Below, one piece after another: positions 24,293-37,517 of a stretch of DNA of 64,000 bases. The notes under the pieces were generated by a model. That model was not told the DNA's origin and did no database searches. It saw nothing but the letters and a program-made list of their open reading frames with translations. Position numbers and translations under genes: made by a program. Source of the stretch: Octopus bimaculoides (lineage: Eukaryota); NCBI RefSeq assembly GCF_001194135.2, contig NC_068982.1:14860525-14924524 (forward strand), read 5' to 3'. The number at the start of each line of letters is the position of its first letter. Within the stretch, counting starts at the first letter, position 1.

Positions 24293-25494
24293 ATGATGAT
24301 ATAACCCATTCCTGCTAAACCCATCTAACTTACTGGCTGATGGTTTTGGTTTAATGCTCCAGAATATAAAGCTAACATCAACTTTATGAGCTCTTTCAAT
24401 TCTTAAAGATATTTATCATTTGTTTTTAACCAATCACGAAATATGATATTTATTGGGGGAAGATAGGTAAGCAACATCAAACTTGTCAGAGAATTCTTCC
24501 AAGTATTTTCAAATAGAGATTAATAGGTACCATCTTTCCTTTGTTCTTAGAAATGGGTGACTCAGCGCAATGATGAGGTGAAACCATAACTTTGAATGTA
24601 TAAACTCTATTACATGTATTCTGTACTGTTCTCATAAATTTGCATATCCTAAACACACACATACACATATTTTTATTACTTGGTTCACTACTTAAACAAA
24701 GTTAGTAATTCCACAATACTAATACTTTCAAAATGAAGAAAGTTTACTGACTTAATAAATTTTCTTCATTGTGTGAGCATCGATATCATGAAACTCCGAG
24801 TTACGATGAAGTTATAACCTCTTTATAATAAAAATATACACATGCTCTACTTGTTTGTATTGATTACTCTTATTCCTCATGTGTACAGTGTAGTATGTGC
24901 ACATACATACATTCATACACAGATACCAGTACATAATTATCTACTATAATAATATTCTTGTGTTTTTCTCTGTCACAACATATGAATGAGAAAGGAAAGG
25001 GTGATAGATGAATAAGGAAGGAAGGTGTGATGGCAAATTTGGTAGTGGGATGATGGAAGTTCTACGGTGAAAAAAAAGATCAAATAGCGTTTCAACTCTG
25101 CATGAGTATATGTGTGTGTATGTAAAAGGAAGGTATGTGAATGTTTGTGTGTGTGCAATGGAGGTGGGATGGTGAACGTTCAACACTGAAAAGCAAAATC
25201 AAACAACATTTCAAGTATATGTGTGTAAATGTGTGCTTGTACAAGGGATGTATGTGAACGTTTATATGTGTGAACCAGCGTTCTTTCAGTAACAAACAAT
25301 GATCAATGTCAAATCTCAAAATACAACCACTAGACAACATTGAGAAATGTATTAACTTGAATTACCATCCATATTTTATCTTTTGTCCTTATTTATATAT
25401 AAAATACTACAATTAGCTGTCATTTTTGACAGCACAGGGCCAGCTAGTATATATATATATATTATATATGAGCCAGGCTCTTCATCAGTCATGA

Positions 25495-25795
25495 TGATGA
25501 GTGTTCCAGCTGATTCAGTCAATGGAACAGCCCACTCCTGAAATTAACTTGCAAGTGGCTGAGCACTCCACGAACACACATACCCTTAATATAGTTTTCG
25601 GGGAGATTCAGCATGAAACAGAGTGTGACATGGTTGACCTTTGAATTACAGGTACAACTCATTTTTGCCAGCTGAGTGGACTGAGGCAACAAGAAATAAA
25701 GTACCCTGCTCAAAGACACAATGTGCCACCAGGAATCGAACTCAAAACCTTATGATTTTGAGCCAAAAACCTTAGCCATTAAATCACATGCCTTC
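25495..25795 (-). mobile_element. SINE family C2
   Basis: GTTCCAGCTGAT…GTGGCTGAGCACTCCAC…TTGAATTACAGGTACAACTCATTTTTGCCAGCTGAGTGGACTG…GGAATCGAACTC. Confidence 0.85.
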
Positions 25796-26867
25796 TTTGT
25801 ATATATGTTACATAACATCCTCAAACTTACACAGTTAAAAAGAAGACAAGAAGTCAAGTTAAAGAATTTAACACTAATTTTTATCAGAGCATGGATCCAT
25901 TTCATCTATGAAATGGATAACAAGAGGATTCAAAATATGGTTTGGACAATGTGTTGTCCTTAATATTGTAAATATATTTTTAGTCATTTCTCAGGTATTC
26001 AACCCAGTTATCAGTTAACTACAGAGAGCTTGAAAATGGATAAATGAAAGATTCTTGAAAAATATTTTTTCCTACATATTGTGGTTGTTACTGAAATATA
26101 TATTCATATGTAGGTGTATACTGGGATACATCATGACCAATGAGCCAAGTGGTTACAGACACTCAGTCGTTATAAAAGGAAGTTGTTCTCCTGTGACATA
26201 CCCAACAGCAATTAATCTATTTTGTGTTCGGATCTGCTGAAAGGTATTAAGAATGAGTATGCAAAATATTATTTCAGATCTCACTGTATGCGGTGTAAAT
26301 AATGATTTTTCTTTTACTGGAGATTATGTTATATTGAAAAATAATATATAGACGTATAGGTGTATATCGAAGATATAATAATTCAGAATAATTTGAAATA
26401 TCAGTCATGAATATAATATAGTTTATGTATCAGGAATTGATTGGAAAAAAGAAATAGAAAGTTAGGTTAAGTATTATCAGGAATCATTATAAATTTATAT
26501 TCTCAGATTTTATTTGCTATGGTGAAAAATCTTAGTATATTGAAAAAATGTCAACACTGAATGGAAGAGAAATGCCAGCTGTTTGTAATCAGTTATATAA
26601 CACAGAGCTGGCTTGAGAATAAATGTCAATCACTCTTGTTCTACAACGGAATAATAATGAAGTGCTTTGCAGATTTTGAACAAACTGTTATTGTTTCTTT
26701 TTCCTTGCAAGTTATGCAAGTGAGCAGGACTCCCCCCCCCCACTTCCCATTCGAGGAATGGTGCAGAGGATTTGATGATTGGTGATGTTACTCTTTTCTT
26801 TGTTTCATTTTTTTTTTTTTTCTACAGATAATATTAAAAGAACTTATAGTGACTATCAACTGTGTGA

Positions 26868-27090
26868 AGGCGTGTGGCCTAGTGGTTAAAACATTGCACC
26901 CACAATCGCAAAATTGTGGTTTCAATTCCCAGACCATCCATGGTCTAGGAAGGGCATCCAGCTATAGAAACCATGCCAAAGCAAATAGTTGGTGCCTGAT
27001 GCAGTTCTCTGGCTTGCCAGCTTCTATCAAACTGTCCAACCCAATCCAGCATGGAAAACAGACATTAAATGATGATAATGATGATGATGA
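26868..27090 (+). mobile_element. Chimera: C-type tRNA-like head joined to an RTE 3' tail
   Basis: GGCGTGTGGCCTAGTGGTTAA…GGTTTCAATTCCCAGACC followed by AGGAAGGGCATCCAGCTATAGAAACC…CAGCATGGAAAACAGACATTAAATGATGAT. Confidence 0.7.
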
Positions 27091-27654
27091 GTATTAAGAA
27101 TAACAATTTACAGTAACATTTTTGCATCGACTGACTGTAATGTGTTGGATTAGCGGCTAAAATTATAGAACTGTGAACTGTATTTAGCTTTGTTACTACT
27201 ATGTTCTGAGTTCAAATCCCAATGTGCCAACTTCACCTTTGATTCTTCTGGGTCAGTAAAATAAGCACCAGTTTATATAGTTGTAGGAAGAGGGGCAGTT
27301 TAAATCAATAATACACCTCTTCGTCAAATTTGTGGCCTTGTATCATTGAAAAAAAAAATCAATATTTATTATATGTGAAATATAATATTTTATGTTATCT
27401 AGAGTTGATCGGAATAATTGATTCCTAATTGTGAATAGTGGGGGAATCTATTGAAAAGTTCATAAGATATGGTGTCCATAAAATAATAAATGTAGACATT
27501 TATTAATACTGTAGTGGTGGTGGGGGTCCTTTCGGTTTTATTTATATAAGATCTGACCAGTACGTTGTGAGTGGAATTTGGGAGACAGAAACTACACAGA
27601 CGCAATGTGTGTATGTGTATGAGCGCGTGCAAGGTACTGGATGTGAAGTTGGCA

Positions 27655-27965
27655 CATTGGGATTTGAACTCAGAACATAGTAGAAGCTTCCCAACTATGT
27701 AGTTTCAGGTCCACTCCTACTGTATGGCACCTTGGGCAAGTGTCTCCTATTATACTACTGGGCCAATGAAAGCCTTGAGTCTGGGTTTGGTTGATGGAGA
27801 TTGAAAGAAGTCTGTTGTGTGTGTGTGTGTGTGTGTGTAATCATCATTTAATGTCTGTTTTCCATGCTGACATGGGTTGAACAGCTTGCCATGAGCCACA
27901 CCAAACTCTATTGTCTGTTTTGGCATGGTTTCTACTACTGGATGCCCTTCCTAATATATGTACAT

Positions 27966-28019
<54 letters not shown>

Positions 28020-28380
28020 ATTTGTATATATGCATGTATGTATTTCTTTTACTTGTTTCAGTTATTTGATTGGCCTTGCTGGAGCACTGCCTTGAAGGGT
28101 TTTAGTCGAATAAATTGACCCCAGGTCTTCACCTTTTTAAGGCTAGTACTTATTCTGTTGGTCTCTTTTGCTGAACTACTAAGTTATACTAAACACACCA
28201 ACATTGGTTGTCAAGCGATGGAGGGGGGGGGGACAAACACAGGCATAAAGACACACACATAAATACACACACACAACGGGCTTCTTTCAGTTTCCATCTA
28301 TCAAATCCACTCACAAAGCTTTCATTGGGACTGAATCATGTGTTGGGGAAGCAAGTTTCTTACTACACAGCCATGCCTGT
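27655..28380. mobile_element. Family A head (+, ~27655-27830), RTE tail (-, ~27840-27955), full family A (-, ~28048-28380)
   Basis: Matches to the copies at 7541 and 36673. Confidence 0.8.
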
Positions 28381-29200
28381 GTTTATATATATATATATAT
28401 ATATAATGTATGTGTATAGTGAAGGTGTGTCCCCCTGTGTCTATATTTATTTTGACTGCTGTAATAACTGTGTTGTATCAAAATAAAACCAATAAAATAA
28501 GTACCAGTCTAAACGATGTACTAAGGGTGGGAGTTGGTATATAGAATTTTAAAGAAAAGCTTTGAAGGAGGTGCTTGACCCTTACTGTGATTCAATAAAA
28601 TGAAAGAATTCAGATAATGTAATCTAAAACCTGTACTTTTCCATTACAAAAGTTTGAAAACACTCTTAATTCAGCCTCAGCCATGAATACTTAAACAGGA
28701 AACATTAGCAGCTATTGTGTTCTATTAATAATAATACAGATTAGTTGCTTTCATTATACAACTTAACAATAAGCTGCAGTTTGTGAAATGCCCAAATTTC
28801 TATGTCTCATAGTTAGTCAATTTGTATCGATATTAGTCAGTTGAATATTATGGGAAATTTGGTTTTATTTCATTTCGACAAGCAGCTATGCATTACAATT
28901 AAATTTGACTGATGCAGTTCAGGTGATTACACCAGTAAAACCGTTTATGAAGATTTTATTAAGTTACTCAAATAGAGTTAATCTACAGAAAAATCTTCAC
29001 CATAACATTTTTCTTCGAGGACGAAATTTCTCCCATAAAATAACATTGATATTTGTTATTTACATTCGACAATTATCATTGTTGACTTATCTGTTAGTAA
29101 AGGTACTTCTGGGTTTAGATTATTGTCTTATTGATCTTTTTTTTGTTCGTTCTTGATTCATACGTAAAAGTTCCTGAGATTAATCTTTCACCAAATATTT

Positions 29201-29428
29201 CATCATCATCATCATCGTTTAACGTCCGCTTTCCATGCCAGCATGGGTTGGACGATTTGACTGAGGACTGGTGAAACCGGATGGCAACACCAGGCTCCAG
29301 TCTGATTTGGCAGAGTTTCTACAGCTGGATGCCCTTCCTAACACCAACCACTCAGAGAGTGTAGTGGGTGCTTTTACGTGTCACCCGCACGAAAACGGCC
29401 ACGCTCGAAATGGTCGAAAACGGCCACG
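29201..29428 (-). mobile_element. Young 5'-truncated RTE LINE copy
   Basis: Differs from 36673-36890 at only 3 positions that I could find over ~210 bp; (GAT)n tail. Confidence 0.92.
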
Positions 29429-30219
29429 ATATAAGAAAACCATAAACTTTCAGTCCTGACAACTATTGTACTTTTTTTTCTCATTTGGTATGAGATAAAT
29501 GTAGAGACAGAGTAGATAAATGGTAGAGTAGATAAAATATTGAGCTGCCAACCTATTTAGTGATGCCTATGAGCAAGTATTTAATTATAGGTGCCTCAGT
29601 TCACCTAGCTATGTAGAATCTTTGCTAGATTTTATCAAAATACTACCTATATCAGATTGGTCGCCTATCTCTCATCTGCATAATTGTATTGTATTTGGGG
29701 CTTGCAATCAGATTTTCTGAAATGCCATGATTTCTAATGACATCATTATCATAAACTTAACAGATATCTGTTTTAATCTAAAACAACTTACTGGCTGTCA
29801 GAAAAAAAATTGCTTCTAGCTTATAAATTGAAATAAGATTGATGTGTATCTTTTTTTAAATTAGACACTTTTAGTCACGATATATTCTTTTTTCTTGATG
29901 CAGTTGTGCGTGTGTGTGTGTGTGTGTGTGTGTTGATTTAGAATAAACAATAAAAGTACATATGAATGAATTTGGCCTGCTTGCCAAGCCAGTGGAGTGG
30001 CATCATTCAAAAGCTAAAACAATGGAAAGTGCATTGTGACCAGCAATGTATAACATCCAATAGTCTGGTTGATATCATGATGAATGAATTACTAGTGTTA
30101 GAATTTTCAGTTGAAAGTTAGATTAAACATGGTAAACCCTAATATTAGTCTATTGGCAATAGTTAATACATGGTGAAGGTATATTTATTCAGTTTATTAA
30201 ATATTTATATTTAAAGTGT

Positions 30220-30622
30220 AGGAGTGGTTGTGTGTTCAAGTCCTATTGCATGGCACCTTGGGCAACGGTCTTCTACTATATAACCCCAGGCCAACCAACA
30301 CCTTGTGAGTGGATTTGGGAGTCAGAAGCTGAAAGATGCCTGTTGTTTGTGTACATAAATGTGTGTGTGTATGTCTGCACGCATGTTATTGTGTATGTGT
30401 TTGTCCCCTATCACTGCTTGATGACTGATGTTGGTTTGTGTATCCCCCCCACCCCATAACTTAGCAGTTTGGCAAAAGAGAACAAATAGAATAATTATCA
30501 GGCTTTAAAAAAAAAAAAGTACTGTGGTTGATTCATTCAACTAAAAAAACAAAAAAGGAAGAAAAAAAAACCTTTAAGATTGTGCCCCAGCATGACCACA
30601 GTCCAATGGCTGAAACAAGACA
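30220..30622 (+). mobile_element. SINE family A, full length, diverged
   Basis: Head, internal (TG)n and tail as at 7541. Confidence 0.85.
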
Positions 30623-30971
30623 TGGATAACAGATACGACATATAAATTACAATTGATAGTTTTGGGAAACTCTTGCATTAAACTGAGGTAATCCTGAGCC
30701 ATTTTTTCACAGCTTGCCTATCTCTCCACCAAACTGATGACTATAGCATTTTGTAAAAAGCATATACTTTCTCCCAATACTCTAAATATTTATGAAACAG
30801 CATGAATTGAAAACCAACTAACTACTACATGGTGTTCTACATATCAACCAACATTTTCTCAAGAAAGAGACTAAAGCAGTATCAAATTCTTTGTAACATA
30901 ATTCAAGCTAAAAATTGAGTCTACTGTATATCTTATTTTTTACTTTTATTTATATTTCATTATTTTTTTCT

Positions 30972-31432
30972 TCCTTGTTTCAGTCGTTAGACTGCGACCA
31001 TGCTGGAGCACCCCCTTTATGAATGTTTGGTCGAATGAATTGAGCCCAGTACCTTTTTTTTTTTTTTATTATTAAAACTGGTACTTATTCTATCGGTCTC
31101 TTTTTATTCCAAACCACTGAGTTATGGAGACGTAAACGTACCAACACTGGTTATCAAGCAGTGGTGGGGGACAAACACAAACACACACACATATATATAT
31201 TTCTTTATTGCCCTCGGTGAGGGCTAAACACAGAAAGGACAAACAAAGACAGACAAAGGGATTAAGTCGATTACATCAACCCAGTGCATAACTGGTACTT
31301 ATTTAATCAACTCCGAAAGAATGACAGGCAAAGTCAACCTCGGCGGAATCTGAACTCAGAACATAACAGCAGATGAAATACCGCTAAGCATTTCACCCAG
31401 CGTGCTAACGATTCTGCCAGCTCGCTCGCCGC

Positions 31433-31493
<61 letters not shown>

Positions 31494-31655
31494 CAACAGG
31501 CTTCTTTCAGTTGCTGTCTATCAACACCTCTCACATGGCTTTTGGGTGGCCCAAGGCTATAGTAGAAGACACTTACCCAAGGTGCCACACAGTGGGACTG
31601 AACCTGGAACCATGTGGTTGGGAATGAAGCTTCTTGCCACTTCTTGTCACACACC
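30972..31655 (-). mobile_element. SINE family A with a nested family B copy (~31200-31432) in its internal microsatellite
   Basis: A tail at 30972-31195, B body at 31255-31432 with variant tail, A head at 31435-31655. Confidence 0.85.
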
Positions 31656-32689
31656 TATACCTGCACCTATTCATTTGTTTTATTATGTAGTATAATTAAT
31701 TTTAATGAATGAATTTTTTTCCCCCTCTTTTTGTAATGTCTGTAGTTTAGTTGCTTAACCCTTTATTGGGATAAATGATTAATCAAAATGATAAAGAATA
31801 ATGGCTCATACTAGTATACGAAATGAAACAGAAGTAGTTATGTTTTAAAGTATTATAAATTTGAAATATATTTCTTTCACCTAAATATTGGTTAGAATAG
31901 CAGATATTGAATATTTTGATATGTTTTTACTGTTATTAATTTGGATTATTTATTAAATCTTTTGATACACATGAAAAATGTGTGCGTGTGTGTGTGTATG
32001 TGTAAATCTATACATGTATATGTGAAATTAATGCAAAGACAAAAAAAAACAAAAAAACAAAAGCAGCAATGGAAATAGTCTATAAGAGAACAATAAGATT
32101 ATTTGCATGGTAAAATTTACTATAATGTCTCAAACTCTCAGAAAATTATGACAACCTCTGGGCCGGGGGGTGCACGATCGCGTCTGCTTATTCCTGAGTT
32201 TAAACTAAACATGTAACTGATGTATTACTTTGGTATGTTATGTATATATTACTTTTAAGTTAGAAACAGTCTGAATCTTATCAGATTTATTATTCAGTAC
32301 GTTGTTTATAACAAATATAACAGACCTGTTATAAATCAATATTTTTTTGATCCACCCACATACACACACAAATGTCCATGTGTCTATGTGTGTGCATATG
32401 ACCTAACAATTTGGAATAAAGCGACAAAAAGTTTGTTTTCAAAGTTACTAGGTAAAAACCACAATTGTACGGAAGTCCTGAAAACAGCTGAATCTGAATG
32501 TAACAATTCAATTTAGGAAAAACTAGAACTAGGTGGGACTCATCCTTCCTTTGAGAAATTAGATAAAGTAGACCAGTTTTGAAATATTTAAGAAAAGATT
32601 AAAAAGAAAATAATCAGGCAGCCATGAAGCGAAGGAAAATTATAATCTCAGAATTTATGTAATGGACACTTTAATATTAGTTTCAAATC

Positions 32690-33290
32690 TTAGCATAAGG
32701 TCAGTACTTTCAAGATAGTGGGTCAGTTGATGTATTCAGCAGGTATTTATTTTATCAACTCTAAAAGGACAAAAAGCTAAGTCAACCGTGGCAAAGTTTG
32801 AACTCAGAATGTAAAGACAGACGAAATGCCATCAAGTATTTTGCCTGGCATGCTAACGACCCTGTCAGCTCTACATATATAATATTGGTTCCAAATTATG
32901 GCACAAGGCCAGCAATTTTGGGAAAGTGGGTAAGTTGATTACATCAACCCCAGTGCTCATCTGGTACACCTATTTTATCAACCCCCAAAAGGAATTTGAA
33001 CTCAGTGCATAAAGACAAGTGAAATGCCGCTAAGCATTTTTCCCAGCATGCTAACGATTCTACCAGCTCACTGCCCTTGGGCATATTTAATATTCTTTTC
33101 TACTCTAGGCACAAGGCACAAAATTTTGGAGGAGGGGGCCAGTCGATTAGAACTTAATTTATCAACTCCAAAAGGATGAAAGGCAAAGTCAACCTTGGTG
33201 GAATTTGAACTCAGAATGTAAAGACAGACGAAATACTGCTCAGCACTTTGCCCATCGTGCTAACATTTCTGCCAACTCGCCATCCTGAGC
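32690..33290 (-). mobile_element. Tandem cluster of 3-4 family B SINEs
   Basis: Repeated TTTGAACTCAG…GAAAT(G/A)CC/CTG…GCTAAC units. Confidence 0.85.
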
Positions 33291-34710
33291 ATATTTAATA
33301 TTGAATGCTTAGATGTTTTGCAAACAACTTGTACATACGAGTGCTACCAATTGAAAGCTTTGCATACCGGAAGCCAGCAAGTGTATGGGGATCATCAGGA
33401 GAGAATTTGCACCATTTTGGGGCCTACCTCTTGATGGCATCATTGCGTACCCACCCCTCACTGAAATGAGGCCTCGCTTGCTAGATCAACTGGTTATCAG
33501 ATCTAGATAATAATAATAAAAGAAATCTCGTTCAAATTTTGATATGGCTTGTTTTTATTTAGTTAGCTTGTTGAAATAGCTGGTATTTTTATTTTTAACC
33601 TTTCCAACATCAGTTTAACAGGAAACATTTATATTGTATGAAATTAACTCAAATACATATTGCTAGTTGGTTTGTTTTTTTCTTGTCTTTTATACTCAGG
33701 AAAATAAAACACAAAATTGACCCCTTTGGCATTTGAACTCAAAACTGAGAGTTACAACAATATTAAAATGCATTTATCTTGTAATGAAGGCCATTTGTAT
33801 CCAGTCCATCTTGAAGTGCATTGGTATATTGGCTTTAACTAAGTTTGGACCTGTTTCACCTTTTGTTGAACACCTGGCTATGTTAGATACTATTAAAAGA
33901 ATAATGAGTCAGTTGAAATGCTAGCTACTTGCTAATGAGGCTAGTAGCATCAATGTCTAGAAAGTTACCTGGAATATCACTAGCTGTAAGCTTATAATAC
34001 AGTATATACCAATTTGTATTCCATGAACCAGCCCACTCATATTTAACAGTTTTAATTATCTGGAAAGAAAAAATTTAAATGGCCATAATTTTTTCTATGC
34101 ATATTTTCTTTTTAATTGAAAATTTTAAATTTGCTCAGAAACTAATAAAGTTCTCTTCTTTTTTTTTTTTTTCTTTGCTTAAAATTTCATCATTTATATC
34201 TTTTTATCATTCAATTATAAAATTGTCTCATTGGTAAGAGTTTGGCAACAAATTAGCATTTATATTTATGCTATGAAAACATTGTTAAATTAAAGAAAAG
34301 ATTATCATTTAGAAGTTTAATTTGAATTTAACTGTTTATCTAAATACGGCTTTATTTGATTTACCACCTGACGTTATTTGTTCTAATTCGTTTCAAACGT
34401 GTTGTGTACATGTTTATGTTTGTTTAAATATGAGTTTGTACCGTTTTCATTAGTAACACTGACGTCGCCAGTTTACACAGAAGATTAACAGTGCAAAACA
34501 CGTGTCAGAGCCATGATTATGGTGTGACAGAAGATCGTAATCCATGGAAACAGCAGACTTAGAAGAATTCAAATAAACAATTAAGTAGAATTCTTTGAAC
34601 AGATTTCGGGGACTTGAATGTCTCAGATCATTTTGACTGAGAAAACAGTTTTATATAAGAAACAACTGAAATTGCTGGCCTTATACCAAAATTTAAAACC
34701 AAAATTTTGC

Positions 34711-34792
34711 TACATTATTTACATTATTTACATTTAACGAATATTTGTCCTTATCTTGTTTGTTGTTAACACAACGTTTCAGCTGATATACC
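34711..34792 (-). mobile_element. PLE-like terminus containing the 3' half of a minimal hammerhead
   Basis: Minus: GGTATATCAGCT-GAAACGTT-GTGTTAAC…AAATAATGT. GAAA plus palindromic ACGT and GUU triplet; the CUGANGA half is absent. Confidence 0.45.
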
Positions 34793-34868
34793 ACGAGCAT
34801 ATGGCGTAGTGGTTAAGAGCATGGACTACTAACCCCAAGATTCCGAGTTCGATTCCAGGCAGTGACCG

Positions 34869-34910
<42 letters not shown>

Positions 34911-34927
34911 CATCGAAAAGTACCTTC
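34793..34927 (+). mobile_element. tRNA-like SINE head with (AAT)n, 3'-truncated
   Basis: Box A TGGCGTAGTGG (34802-34812), box B GAGTTCGATTCC (34845-34856), then (AAT)n. Confidence 0.8.
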
Positions 34928-34984
34928 CTCCTTTGGAGGAAGCATAGGAAAAAAAGTTCTAAGAAATCAAAAATGATATGGGTG

Positions 34985-35345
34985 CAGTCGTGGGTGTGTG
35001 GTAAGAAGTTTGCTTCCCAACCACATGGTTCTGGGTTCAGTCCCACTGCATGGCTCCTTGGGCAAGTGTCTTCTACTATAATCTTGGGCCAACCAAAGCC
35101 TTGTGAGTGGATTTAGTAGATGGAAACAGAAAAAAATCATGTCGTGTGTGTGTGTGTTTCTTTGTTTCTGTGTTTGTCCCCCATTACCACTTGACAGAGG
35201 TGTTGGTGTGTTTATGTCCCTGTAACTTAGCAGTTCAGTATAAGACACTGACAGAACAAGCACCAGGCTTTAAAAAAAAAACATTCCTGGGGTCAATTCA
35301 TCTGATTAAGAATTCTCCAAGGTGGTGCCCCCAGCATGCCCCCAC
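34985..35345 (+). mobile_element. SINE family A
   Basis: Head and tail as at 7541. Confidence 0.88.
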
Positions 35346-36672
35346 CCCCCAAGTAAAAGACAACAGATAAATTGATCTAATAGTAATGCTAATAAACCAA
35401 TTTAATTCTTCAATAATCTGATTCTCTCTTCTACTTCTAACCAATAAGTACTTTAAGACTTTTAAGAGAAAATAACCTTTTTTTTTACTTTTGTAACCTT
35501 TAAAAGCAGTAAATTAACCTTAGTGTTGACTTGATGTAGATTTTATCTAGTTGAATATTTAAAATATTCCCTGTTAATTTATTTATGTGTTTACCATTAC
35601 CATTCCTACCATTATTTCTTATGTAATCTTCAAATGGAAAGTAGTAGTCGTTGTAATCCATTATGTAGCTCCTAATGCCATCTTGAAGTACAATCACTGT
35701 GAGAGAGTAGGTAGTGAAGACAAAGATTTAATTGTTAGGTTGCTAGGTAAGATAGTTAACACTTAACATCAGTTTGCTATTCGTTTTATGAAAGCTAATA
35801 TTCTAATACATCGAATATATAGCATTTTCACTAAAGCATGGTTGTTAACTAGTCACTGTTGATTTCTAAGAATAACTTTTGACACTGAAATTTCACCGAG
35901 AGGTGGAATGTTGACAGCTTTACTGCTTGATGTCCCCTCATTCACAACTGATGCTGTAAGTGGCAAGCTTACCTCCATATATATGAAGGCATTGGATGTG
36001 AAACATCTCATTAGAAAGAGGAACTAGGGGAGTAGACTTAACTTGATGCCCCGTCAGTACCACCATAAGTTAACTACAATGGAATCATTGTAATCATGTG
36101 TAATAAGTGTATCACTATCAGTGATTCATTGGCACATTCTGTTCTCATCCTTATACACTACACATACACACATACAAATGTAGATATGTATACATAAAAG
36201 CACACAGTAAAAGAACTCCTATGTAGTCGATGTACCTGCTAGAAATAACAGCCAAATCTCCCTTAAATAATGTCTCACCATTTAAAAAAAAAAAGAGAAC
36301 ACATTAGGTGATGTAGTACTACATACTCTCCCTACCAAGAAAAAAAAGCAGGAGGGTCAGAGTCGGAATGCCTCTGATCAAAAGTCTGCTATCCTTAAAC
36401 ATTGGCACTGCACCTACACCAAGTTTTCCTTCAATTTGCATTACAATTCAGTTCAATGAAAATAGTTACTTTTTTTTTAATATTGTAATAAAATAAAAAA
36501 AGGAGATTAAATGTACTGGTGTACTTTGGGTTGAGCCCTTAATCTTTTCACCTCAGTCCCTCTTAACTATTCAGATTAGCTCACAAATATTGTAATTTGA
36601 AATGGATTTGCTTCATATGGAAATAAGATTTTGGTATATTTCTGTATGTATGTGACATTCTACTATATATAT

Positions 36673-37517
36673 CATCATCATCATCATCATCGTTTAACGT
36701 CCGCTTTCCATGCTAGCATGGGTTGGACGATTTGACTGAGGACTGGTGAAACCGGATGGCAACACCAGGCTCCAGTCTGATTTGGCATAGTTTCTACAGC
36801 TGGATGCCCTTCCTAACGCCAACCACTCAGAGAGTGTAGTGGGTGCTTTTACGTGTCACCCGCACGAAAACGGCCACGCTCGAAATGGTGTCTTTTATGT
36901 GCCACCCGCACAAGCCAGTCCAGGGGCACTGGCAACGATCTCGCTCGAAAATCCTACAGGAGCCAGTCAGGCGGTACTGGCAACGGNNNNNNNNNNNNNN
37001 NNNNNNNNNNNNNNNNNNNNNNNNNNNNNNNNNNNNNNNNNNNNNNNNNNNNNNNNNNNNNNNNNNNNNNNNNNNNNNNNNNNNNNNNNNNNNNNNNNNN
37101 NNNNNNNNNNNNNNNNNNNNNNNNNNNNNNNNNNNNNNNNNNNNNNNNNNNNNNNNNNNNNNNNNNNNNNNNNNNNNNNNNNNNNNNNNNNNNNNNNNNN
37201 NNNNNNNNNNNNNNNNNNNNNNNNTTCCAAAGGTCTCGGTCCGTAGTCATCGCCTCGGTGAGGCCCAATGTACGAAGGTCTTGCCTCACCACCTCAGCCC
37301 AGGTCTTCCTGGGCCTACCTCTTCCACGGGTTCCCTCAACTGTTAGGGTGTGGCACTTTTTCACGCAGCTATCCTCCTCCATTCTCACCACATGTCCATA
37401 CCAGCGCAATCGTCTCTCTTGCACGCCACAACTGATGCTTCTAATGTTCAGCTTTTCTCTCAAGATACTTACACTCTGACGGGTATTCACATTGACATTA
37501 CACATCCAACGGAGCAT
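36673..37517 (-). mobile_element. RTE-clade LINE, 5'-truncated, ORF2 C-terminus plus 3' UTR (internal gap 36987-37224)
   Basis: MLRWMCNV…LREKLNIRSISCGVQERRLRWYGHVVRMEEDSCVKKCHTLTVEGTRGRGRPRKTWAEVVRQDL is the classic RTE ORF2 end (RLRW.GHV.R…GRGRP.KTW). No stops in the visible part; inserted in (TA)n. Confidence 0.95.

Noticed and set aside
24765-24810. GAAACTCCGAGTTAC resembling an HHR 3' half
   Set aside because: No CUGANGA-like core upstream.
25075-25272. ~115-bp-period duplication
   Set aside because: Similarity is mostly low-complexity TG/TA; probably an old local duplication.
25470-25488. Minus CTGATGA-A-GAGC-CTG-GCTC as an HHR 5' half
   Set aside because: No GAAA follows, and the segment aligns with the decayed tail of the adjacent C2 SINE.
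29261-29285. CTGAGGA-CTGGT-GAAAC (also at ~36737) as a hammerhead
   Set aside because: No stem II possible in 5 nt, no stem I partner or NUH; part of the RTE 3' UTR.
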